Made by a program: the position numbers and the translations under genes. From Myxococcota bacterium (lineage in GTDB: Bacteria; Myxococcota; XYA12-FULL-58-9; JALHOP01): a DNA stretch of 25,335 nucleotides. Below the pieces are notes generated by a model, which was given only the letters and a program-made list of their open reading frames with translations, was not told the origin of the DNA and did no database searches. Location of the stretch: positions 1 to 25,335 of the forward strand of contig JBGGMJ010000151.1 in the NCBI GenBank assembly GCA_041288095.1, written 5' to 3'. Shown here in pieces: positions 8,998-16,507 of the stretch (the stretch's first letter is position 1; the number at the start of each line of letters is the position of its first letter).

Positions 8998-9873
8998 ATG
9001 GACGAGCTGAACGAGCTGCTGCATCGCGTGCTTTTCCGTATCTCCGATACGGACGTCACGCCGATCTCCCTTCTCATCTTCTTGATCACCCTGCTCGTCG
9101 CCATCGGCGTCGGCCACATCGGCCGGCGGTCGGTCACGCGCCTACTCGTCCGCTACAGCGGTCAGACGAACGAGGGCGTCGCCTACGCGCTCGGCCGCAT
9201 CGCGCAGTACATCATCGTCGGCCTCGGCCTGGTGATGGCGCTCGACAACGTCGGCTTCTCGCTGAAGTCACTCGCCGCGCTCGGCGCCATCCTCGCGGTC
9301 GGCATCGGTTTCGGCTTGCAGAACATCGCCCAGAACTTCGCGAGCGGCATCATTCTGCTCATCGAGCGCCCAGTGCAGAAAGGCGACTTCATCGATGTGG
9401 GCGGCGCCTCCGGCACCGTGGAAGACATCGCCATGCGCGCGACCCGCATCCTCACGCGCGACGGCATCCAGATCATCGTCCCGAACAGCGAGCTGGTCTC
9501 GAGCCGCGTGGTCAATCGCAGCGCGCCCACGCCGCGCGCACGAGCGCGCATCGGCGTCGGCGTCGCCTACGGCTGCGACACCGAGCTGGTGCGGACCACC
9601 TTGCAGGCAGTCGCTGGAGCGGACGCGCGTGTGCTGAAGGACCCACCCCCGAAGGTCTACTTTCGCGACTTCGGCGACAACGCGCTGAAGTTCGAGCTGG
9701 CGATCTGGATGGACGCTCCCGAGCAGGAGTCGACCATCACCAGCGATCTGCGCTTCGCCGTCGACAAAGCATTCCGCGGCGCAGGCATCGAGATCGCCTA
9801 TCCGCAGCGTGACTTGAACATTCGTTCCGGGCTCGAAGACCTCGTGAAGGCTCTCGAGAAACGTAACGACTAG
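8998..9873 (+). CDS. mscS: Small-conductance mechanosensitive channel (MscS family)
   Basis: GIGFGLQNIAQNFASG, ERPVQKGDFI, IIVPNSEL, IGVGVAYG and GIEIAYPQRD. Confidence 0.92.
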   Translation: MDELNELLHRVLFRISDTDVTPISLLIFLITLLVAIGVGHIGRRSVTRLLVRYSGQTNEGVAYALGRIAQYIIVGLGLVMALDNVGFSLKSLAALGAILAVGIGFGLQNIAQNFASGIILLIERPVQKGDFIDVGGASGTVEDIAMRATRILTRDGIQIIVPNSELVSSRVVNRSAPTPRARARIGVGVAYGCDTELVRTTLQAVAGADARVLKDPPPKVYFRDFGDNALKFELAIWMDAPEQESTITSDLRFAVDKAFRGAGIEIAYPQRDLNIRSGLEDLVKALEKRND

Positions 9874-11984
9874 AGACGTTGCTTCAAGAACGTCCACGCC
9901 AGCGCCCGCATCAGCGCCGCCTGCTTGTTGTCCGCGGCGCCACCATGCCCGCCCTCGATGTTCTCGTAGTAGAGCACGTCGTGCCCCTGCTCCTCCATGC
10001 GCGCCATCATCTTGCGCGCGTGGCCGGGATGCACGCGGTCGTCGCGCGTCGAGGTCATGAAGAGGATCGGGGGATATTTCGTATCCGCTTTGACGTGGTG
10101 ATACGGCGAGAAACGCTCGATGAACTGCCAGTCAGCGGTGTCGGGGTCGCCGTACTCCGCCATCCAGGAAGCGCCGGCGAGTAGCTTGCTATAGCGTTTC
10201 ATGTCGAGGAGCGGCACTTCGCAAACCACCGCACCGAACAGCCGAGGGAAGTGCATGGCCATGTTGCCGACGAGCAAACCGCCGTTGCTGCCGCCCCAAA
10301 TTCCGAGGTGTTTGGGCGTGGTCACCTTGCGGGCGACGAGATCCTCGGCGACCGCCGCGAAATCCTCGTAGGCGCGGAAGCGCTTGTCCTTCAGAGCGGC
10401 CTGATGCCAACGCGGACCGTATTCGCCGCCGCCGCGGATGTTGGCCACGACGTAGACGCCGCCGTGCTCGAGCCAATCGCCGAGCGCGCCACTGTAGCCG
10501 GGCGTCAGCGAAACCTCGAAGCCGCCATAGCCGTAGAGGACGGTCGGGTTTTCGCCGCTCATGACGATGTCCGCCTTCGCGACCATGAAGTACGGCACGC
10601 GCGTTCCGTCCTTCGACGTGACGAAATGCTGGGTCACTCGCATGCCCTTGGCGTCGAAGAACGCCGGGAGCTGCTTGAGCGGCGTGAATTTCTTGCCGAC
10701 TGTACCGAACGCCAGGGTCGTCGGTGTGAGGTAGTCAGTGACCGTCATGAAGACGTCGTCCGACTCCTCGTCGTCGACGGGATCGACCCCAACGCTGCCC
10801 AGGGTTGGCGCGTGCGCGAGCGTCGAGCGCGCCCAGGTACCTGGTGTCAGCACCTCGATGCGGTTCTTCACGTCCTCGAGGATGTTCAAGAGCATGTAGC
10901 TCTTGGTCCAGGTGTAGCCCGCGAGCGAGGTGGTCGGTGTCGGGGTGAAGAGCGCGCGCACCTCACGCTTGCCGCTCATGAACGCATCGAAGTCGGCGAC
11001 GAGCAGCGAACCCTCCGGATAGGTGGTGCCGTTCAGCGTCCACGGCTCGCGCAGCTCGATGGTGAGCCACTGGCGGTGCACGCCCTTGCTCGCGGAGTCG
11101 GGCAAGTCGACCTTCGCGAGACTCCCGTCCTTGTTCCGCAGGTAGAGCTCGTTCGAATAGAACGCGATGGAGCGCGTGACGAAGTCGCGTTCGAAGCCGG
11201 GTGTGTCGTCGTGCCCGGCGCCGACGGCGAGATCTTCGTGTTTGCCCTCGTAGACCGTCTTGGCTTCGGCGAGGGGTTGAGAGCGCCGCCACTCCTTGGC
11301 GACGCGCGGGTAGCCCGACGAGGTCATCGAACCGGGCCCGAAGTCGGTCGCTACGTACGTCGTGTTCTCGTCGATCCACGAGACACTACCCTTCGCCTCC
11401 GGCCGAATGAAGCCGTTCTCCACGAAGGCGCGCCGGCGCAAGTCGTACTCGCGCGTGACATCGGCGTCGGCTCCGCCGCGTGACAGCGATAACAGACAGT
11501 GCACCCACTCGTCCTTGCGACTCTTCGGCCGCAAGCAATCGGCGCCGTGCCAGACCCAATTCTCTTTCTCGGCGACGTTCAGCGCGTCGACGTCGACGAT
11601 GACGTCCCACTTGGGTTGGTCCTTGCTGTATTCCGGAAACGTCGTACGTCGCCAAAGGCCGCGCTGGTGCGCGGCGTCGGTCCAGAAGTTGTAGTAGTAG
11701 TCTCCGCGTTTGCGGACATAAGGGATCTTGGCGTCGCTATCGAAAATGGCGAGGAGCTTGGCGCGCAGGGGCTCGAAGCCGGGGTCGTTCTCGAGCCTCC
11801 CCAGGGTCGTGCGGTTGCGCGCGCGCACCCAGTCGAGTTGTTTTTCACCGCTGACGTCTTCGAGCCAGAGGTGGGGATCTTCCTCGATGGTCTTGGGCAC
11901 GGAGGCTCCTGCGGCGACGGGTGGAGTCGGTGCGTTGCATGCTGCCGTGAGCAGCAAGAGAACGACGGCACGACGAGGGAACAT
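9870..11984 (-). CDS. Prolyl oligopeptidase (S9A) lipoprotein
   Basis: Lipobox TAA-C, DPHLWLE, YGYGGF, NIRGGGEYG, GGSNGG (Ser), DDRVHP (Asp) and GGHG (His). Start at ATG 11984. Confidence 0.93.
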   Translation of the reverse strand: MFPRRAVVLLLLTAACNAPTPPVAAGASVPKTIEEDPHLWLEDVSGEKQLDWVRARNRTTLGRLENDPGFEPLRAKLLAIFDSDAKIPYVRKRGDYYYNFWTDAAHQRGLWRRTTFPEYSKDQPKWDVIVDVDALNVAEKENWVWHGADCLRPKSRKDEWVHCLLSLSRGGADADVTREYDLRRRAFVENGFIRPEAKGSVSWIDENTTYVATDFGPGSMTSSGYPRVAKEWRRSQPLAEAKTVYEGKHEDLAVGAGHDDTPGFERDFVTRSIAFYSNELYLRNKDGSLAKVDLPDSASKGVHRQWLTIELREPWTLNGTTYPEGSLLVADFDAFMSGKREVRALFTPTPTTSLAGYTWTKSYMLLNILEDVKNRIEVLTPGTWARSTLAHAPTLGSVGVDPVDDEESDDVFMTVTDYLTPTTLAFGTVGKKFTPLKQLPAFFDAKGMRVTQHFVTSKDGTRVPYFMVAKADIVMSGENPTVLYGYGGFEVSLTPGYSGALGDWLEHGGVYVVANIRGGGEYGPRWHQAALKDKRFRAYEDFAAVAEDLVARKVTTPKHLGIWGGSNGGLLVGNMAMHFPRLFGAVVCEVPLLDMKRYSKLLAGASWMAEYGDPDTADWQFIERFSPYHHVKADTKYPPILFMTSTRDDRVHPGHARKMMARMEEQGHDVLYYENIEGGHGGAADNKQAALMRALAWTFLKQRL

Positions 11985-12037
11985 GCCCTCTGGTAACCGA
12001 GCCGGAGAAGGAAAGCGAGGAGACGCGCCGGCCTCTA

Positions 12038-14398
12038 TCAGGGCCGGGCCATGGTCCCCGTGCTCTGGCCGAGCTCCACGATGCTGTCGTAGAGAAGCTG
12101 CGTCACATACGAAAAGTTGTGCGCGTAGGCGCCGTGGTCTTTGCGCGATAGATTGTAGTTGTGCGCGGCTCGCAGCAGCGTCGCCGGCCAGGGGCCAAAG
12201 GCGTTGTTGCGCGTGGTCTCGGACGCGTCGCACGCAGGCCCGCTACCGTTGGTATCCCTGAAGAAGTAGGGGTTGCTACTGCTGAAGCAAGGCTTCAAAC
12301 CGACCGTGACCGAGTCGCGCATCGCGGTGAGCAGGCGCGCCGCGGCGCCGTCGAGCTCGGCCTGCAAGCTCTCGGTGGTGTTGGCGTCGCCGTCATAGTC
12401 GCCGGTGCGGTCTATCGGACGGATATCCTCGGGACCGTCGGCATCGGCGTGACAGCCGCCGCATGTGGTCTCCCACACGTCCGCTATAGCAAACGTATGG
12501 TTGCTCTGCACTGGCCGGTGACACGAAATGCACTCGGAGCCGCCCATGTGCGCGAGCGGACCGGCGTATGTCTGGCCGACTGCCTCGGCGCCGACATGCA
12601 GACTGCTACCCGCGCGGGTGCCCGCCGCGGGGTCGTAGTGAACGTTCAGGAAGCTCGTGACGTTGCCGGGCGAAGCCGCCGCGATTGCCGCTTCGATCGT
12701 GGCTTGGGATTGACGCCCGATGTGGCAGTTGGCGCAGAGGTTGTCGACGTTGTCGCTGCCGGGATTGGACGCGGGTGTCGGGTCGAAGGTGGTCGTCGTA
12801 CCGTTGGCGAGCCGCACGACCGCGGGCACGAAGGCTTTCCATTCCGGCGCGAAGGTCTCGTGACAGGTGTAGCACTCGAGGCCGTTGGCCTGCTCTTCCA
12901 CGACGTCACCGACACCGTACTGGGCAAAGAAGCGGAACCCCGAGGCGCCGCCGTGACAACGTGAGCACGAGGCGCTGACACCGTCGTTCGCATCCCAGTT
13001 GCGCGCCGCGGCGCTCGCGCCGTTGAAGTGGCCTTGATCGTTGCGCACGAGGTCCGTGGTATCGAGCGGCGGAGCCAGCGCGCCGCCGAGATCGACGGTG
13101 GAGTCGTGCAAAAGCTGGATGGTGTACTTGGCGTTGTGCGCGAAGTTGCCCGGGTCGGTCGTCGAGAGCTGATAGTTGTACGCCGCCTTGAGCGCGCGCG
13201 GAGTCCAAGCGCGATAGGCGTTGGCGAAGGTAGCCTCGCTCGCCTCGCAGGTGCCATTGGCGTTGCCGTCGGTGAACCAATACGGGTAGCTGCCACTGCC
13301 GTAGCAGAGAGCACCGCCATGCGCGGCCGCGTAGCTACGCAACGTGGTGAGCAGAGTTTCACGCAGTCCTTGCAGCTCGAAGGCGATGCCCTCGGCGGTG
13401 TTGCCGTCGCCGTCGTAGTCTTGATTGCGCGACGCGATCATGCGGATGTCACGAAGCTTGGCATTGTCGGTCGCGCCGGTGTGGCAGGTCGCACAGGCGT
13501 CGACCTTGACTTGCAACGAGTGCGCGTCGTGACAGCCGACGCAGGTGTCGAAGCCGGGCACGTGGCGGAAGCGCACGTCATAGACCTGGTCGTCGTATTG
13601 ATAGCCGCCGGCTGCGACCCCCGCGTAGAGCGTCGCTCCGGCGGGATAATAGTGCACGTTGGTGAAGCCGAGAGCCGGATCGACCGTGTCATCGCCGACC
13701 GTGCCGGCGGCGCTGATGACGCTGTCGACGTCGGCTCCGGAGGCGCGCCCTTGATGGCAGGTCATGCAGCGAGCCTCGGGACCGAGCCCTTCTACGGTGG
13801 CGCCCGAGGGGAACGTAGCATCCGTCAAAGCGGACACAGCGGCGTTATGGCAAGTCTTGCAGTCGATGACCGAGCCGGTCGGCGCGGCGCTGTCGACCTG
13901 ACCGGTCGGGGAGCCATCGCCACCTGCGTAGTCGATGAGGCCTTGCGAGCTGTGACAGCGCGCGCAGGTCGTGGGGATCTGGCCTTCGTCGTCCCAGTTG
14001 GTGAACGCGGGTGCGCCGGCGTCCGCGTGAGCGGAAGCCTGCCAGGCGTCGAAGAAGGGAATGGTGGCGTTGACGTCGGTGACGACGACGAGGACATGCC
14101 GCCCAGCCGCTCCAGTGTCGGCCCCGGTCGCGGTGATCACGGTCTCGCCGGACCCCAAGGCAGTGACCGTACCGTCGGCGGCGACGGTGGCGATGCTCTC
14201 GTCGGCGCTCGTCCACGCGTAGCTCGCGTCGCGGCCGTTCGCGGTCGTGGCCGTGAGCAGCGCGCTCTCGCCGACATCGAGTAAGCTCGGTCCGTCCGTC
14301 GTGATGACGGGCAGGCGCTCTTTTTCGAGCTCGGCGCAAGCGCCGATGAAAGCGAGCCCGCACACTGAGGCAAGCGTGAACATGTGGCGTGAGCTCAT
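12038..14398 (-). CDS. Decaheme c-type cytochrome lipoprotein with an N-terminal Big_2 Ig-like domain and two tandem pentaheme repeats
   Basis: Lipobox IGA-C21. Ig motif WTSADESIATVAADGTVTA. Ten CxxCH motifs: CARCH, CKTCH, CMTCH, CVGCH, CATCH, CSRCH, CYTCH, CANCH, CISCH, CGGCH. Confidence 0.9.
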   Translation of the reverse strand: MSSRHMFTLASVCGLAFIGACAELEKERLPVITTDGPSLLDVGESALLTATTANGRDASYAWTSADESIATVAADGTVTALGSGETVITATGADTGAAGRHVLVVVTDVNATIPFFDAWQASAHADAGAPAFTNWDDEGQIPTTCARCHSSQGLIDYAGGDGSPTGQVDSAAPTGSVIDCKTCHNAAVSALTDATFPSGATVEGLGPEARCMTCHQGRASGADVDSVISAAGTVGDDTVDPALGFTNVHYYPAGATLYAGVAAGGYQYDDQVYDVRFRHVPGFDTCVGCHDAHSLQVKVDACATCHTGATDNAKLRDIRMIASRNQDYDGDGNTAEGIAFELQGLRETLLTTLRSYAAAHGGALCYGSGSYPYWFTDGNANGTCEASEATFANAYRAWTPRALKAAYNYQLSTTDPGNFAHNAKYTIQLLHDSTVDLGGALAPPLDTTDLVRNDQGHFNGASAAARNWDANDGVSASCSRCHGGASGFRFFAQYGVGDVVEEQANGLECYTCHETFAPEWKAFVPAVVRLANGTTTTFDPTPASNPGSDNVDNLCANCHIGRQSQATIEAAIAAASPGNVTSFLNVHYDPAAGTRAGSSLHVGAEAVGQTYAGPLAHMGGSECISCHRPVQSNHTFAIADVWETTCGGCHADADGPEDIRPIDRTGDYDGDANTTESLQAELDGAAARLLTAMRDSVTVGLKPCFSSSNPYFFRDTNGSGPACDASETTRNNAFGPWPATLLRAAHNYNLSRKDHGAYAHNFSYVTQLLYDSIVELGQSTGTMARP

Positions 14399-14802
14399 GG
14401 CGATGCCCCTTCAGTAATCCATGCGAGGATGGTGCTGTAGTCGTCCGAACTAGTGGCGATCACGGCGCCACCGCCATGGCTCTCGCCGGTGGCTTCGCGC
14501 AGGAGCGTGCTCGTCGCCGGACTCGCGACGTTCACGAGAGCCAACACGGTGTCGTGGTCCGTCGCGGCGTCACCGCTGAGGTGATAGGCCGAGCCCGCGG
14601 CAAGGCCGCCGCTCCCGTGACAGGAACCGCAGCGCGCCATGAGAATGGGCAGCACGCTGGAGGCGAACGAGGAACCACCATCGTCGTCGCCGCTCGTGTC
14701 GCCGTCGCCGCCGCTCATATCGTCGGGTGAGGGATCACCGCGCTCGAAGCCGCCGCAGGCAACGAGTCCGAGCAGCATCAGCGCCAGGAGCCTAGAACTC
14801 AT
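14395..14802 (-). CDS. Monoheme cytochrome c lipoprotein (planctomycete cytochrome c/PSCyt1-like)
   Basis: Lipobox LVA-C, acidic Gly linker, SFASSVLPILMARCGSCH, ESHGGG and ILAWITEGA. Confidence 0.8.
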   Translation of the reverse strand: MSSRLLALMLLGLVACGGFERGDPSPDDMSGGDGDTSGDDDGGSSFASSVLPILMARCGSCHGSGGLAAGSAYHLSGDAATDHDTVLALVNVASPATSTLLREATGESHGGGAVIATSSDDYSTILAWITEGASP

Positions 14803-15988
14803 AGATCACCTGGAAGCGCAGCACGTCATCATCGACCTCGTCGCGCTTCTCGAGATTCCAGAAGTGATAGATGGCGCCCGTGAGATTTCGGTAGCGCGCA
14901 ACGACGGCGAGGTTGTGGCTCGTCGTGTCACGCAGGTCGTAGCGGGTGTCGTCACCAAGCACGCCGCGTCGGTTGTCGAGCAGCTTCAAACCGGTGCGCG
15001 CCTGCACGTAGAGCCAGTCGAACGCGTAATAGCGGATCTGCAGGTAGTCGGCGAAGTGGTAGTAGTCCTCGCCCGCCCCGCCATAGCCACGGCTAGCGCC
15101 ACCCGAGACGTCGGCACGAAGGACGCCGAGATCGATCGTGAGGCGATCCAAGATCGGCACGCCGTAGACCCGCCACAAGCTGATGTCGAAGGCTTGCATG
15201 AAGAGGCGGCGGCCGAAGCCGAGCGCGTTGTAGTAGGCGGAGTAGTAGACCGTGAACGGCGCGTAGGAGAGGGTAATGCGGTCGCCAAAGCCGAAACGCA
15301 CGTCGCGCGCCGGCGAGAAATCGGACTGCAGATTGATGACGGCGTCAGGCCGCGCCAACGCGTAACCCTGCACCGCGTAGATGTCGTTGGCGACGAGCAA
15401 TGGCCCGACGCGCGTCTGCACGTTCACGGTGCCGCCGTGTTGCGCCCAAATGACCGGCAAGATTTGCTGATCGAAGCCGGCGCGGCCGCCGTAGGCATGG
15501 TGATAGAGCGGGTCCGGGCCGAAGGGCACGAGGATGCGTCCCGCACGCGCGCGCACGCGCACGCGGCCCTCGAGCACGGTCTTGCGGTAGGTGATCTCGT
15601 ACCAAGTCTGGCCGATGATCTCGAGGTTGAAGCTGAACGGCTCGTCTTTGACGTCGCGCTCGAGGAACAACAGGCGGTGATAGTTCTGAAGCGCGTCGCG
15701 TCCCTTGAGGAAGTTGTCGCTATAGCCGACACGCTCGTAGTTGATGTCGAAGCGGCCGTGCAGGCGGAGATTGCCCGGAAGCGCGAGGCCCCCGAAAATG
15801 TCACCGCCGCCGTGCGGAGAACCGCCGCCGTGGGGCGCGGCCGCGGGTGGTGTCTCGGCGGCTGGTGTCTCGGCGGCTGGTGCCTCGGCGGCTGGTGTCT
15901 CGGCGGGCGCTGTCTCGACGGACGCGGGCTCGACGACCTCCTCGGGCCCCGCCAGCGCCAGGAGTAAGGCGACTAGTTGCGGTGACAT
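14792..15988 (-). CDS. Outer-membrane beta-barrel porin associated with cytochromes
   Basis: Short hydrophobic leader, low-complexity linker, Tyr/Phe-rich amphipathic strands, GRILVPFG motif and a C-terminal beta-signal LRFQVIYEF. Confidence 0.75.
   Translation of the reverse strand: MSPQLVALLLALAGPEEVVEPASVETAPAETPAAEAPAAETPAAETPPAAAPHGGGSPHGGGDIFGGLALPGNLRLHGRFDINYERVGYSDNFLKGRDALQNYHRLLFLERDVKDEPFSFNLEIIGQTWYEITYRKTVLEGRVRVRARAGRILVPFGPDPLYHHAYGGRAGFDQQILPVIWAQHGGTVNVQTRVGPLLVANDIYAVQGYALARPDAVINLQSDFSPARDVRFGFGDRITLSYAPFTVYYSAYYNALGFGRRLFMQAFDISLWRVYGVPILDRLTIDLGVLRADVSGGASRGYGGAGEDYYHFADYLQIRYYAFDWLYVQARTGLKLLDNRRGVLGDDTRYDLRDTTSHNLAVVARYRNLTGAIYHFWNLEKRDEVDDDVLRFQVIYEF
15848..15922. 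repeat. 15-bp tandem repeat (tggtgtctcggcggc, 4 near-perfect copies plus 1 degenerate) encoding (A/P)AE(T/A)P linker units in the porin
   Basis: Units start at 15848, 15863, 15878, 15893 and 15908. Confidence 0.85.
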
Positions 15989-16323
15989 GTTTCACAGTCA
16001 GCGTCGTCGAAGGACCAAGCCGATTTGCCGTCGTGGCAAGAGGCGCAGAACTTCCCCGCGTCCATGTCGTCATGGGTGAAGCCCATCCGCTGTTGCGGAA
16101 ACAGCGTCGGATGGCAGACGTAGCAAGCAAACTGGTCGTGCGACCAATGCGAATAGAGCGCAGCCTGTGGCGGGTCACCTTTGCCGTGCGCGCGGACGAT
16201 GGGAATGCGTACTGTCGGCGGCATGCCGAGGCTCGCGTTGGCGCTCTTCTCGCGCCAGATGGCGAGCATCGCGGCAGAGGCCAATACCGCGATCACGATG
16301 CCCTTGTAGTGCCGTCCGGTCAC
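15973..16323 (-). CDS. c7-type triheme cytochrome c
   Basis: GGAGGAG RBS before GTG 16323, N-terminal hydrophobic segment, then YSHWSH-CYVCH-DMDAGKFCASCHDGKSAW-CETCH. Confidence 0.85.
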   Translation of the reverse strand: MTGRHYKGIVIAVLASAAMLAIWREKSANASLGMPPTVRIPIVRAHGKGDPPQAALYSHWSHDQFACYVCHPTLFPQQRMGFTHDDMDAGKFCASCHDGKSAWSFDDADCETCHRN

Positions 16324-16324
16324 G

Positions 16325-16507
16325 TCACGCTCCTCCGCGCAGGGCGAGTCGCACGACGTGCATCGCGAAGTAGCCGACACCGAGGGCGATGAGAGGGATC
16401 CCCAAGAGAGCGAAGGCGACGAACGAGCCCGGCCCGAAGGAGGCCAGCTCGATAGTCTCGAGAGCGAGACCAACACCGATGCACGCAGTGAAGAATCGTG
16501 TGTTCAT
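16325..16507 (-). CDS. Small (60 aa) two-helix membrane protein
   Basis: ATGA overlap with the NapC stop, exactly fills the gap to the c7 gene, two hydrophobic segments. Confidence 0.65.
   Translation of the reverse strand: MNTRFFTACIGVGLALETIELASFGPGSFVAFALLGIPLIALGVGYFAMHVVRLALRGGA

Noticed and set aside
12001..12032. gccgg...ccggc inverted repeat after the decaheme gene as a terminator
   Set aside because: Short stem, long loop and no U-tract.
11985..12233. Extended start of the prolyl oligopeptidase
   Set aside because: It overlaps the decaheme gene; the lipoprotein signal begins at 11984.
12038..14398. Calling the decaheme MtrC/OmcA, MtrA or NrfA
   Set aside because: Heme spacing and flanking motifs do not match my recollection of MtrA or MtrC, and there is no CxxCK. 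The shared heme count is not enough, so no gene symbol was given.
14387..14802. Both cytochrome lipoproteins start with MSSR
   Set aside because: The codons differ and both starts are constrained by overlap with the upstream gene; probably coincidence.
15848..15922. Repeat array as a CRISPR or mobile-element end
   Set aside because: Head-to-tail in-frame 15-mers with no spacers and no cas or transposase genes.
10251..15967. Long plus-strand ORFs (10251-11483, 13028-14284, 14639-15967; also 6451-7446)
   Set aside because: Antisense shadows of well-supported minus-strand genes, expected in high-GC DNA, with no motifs.
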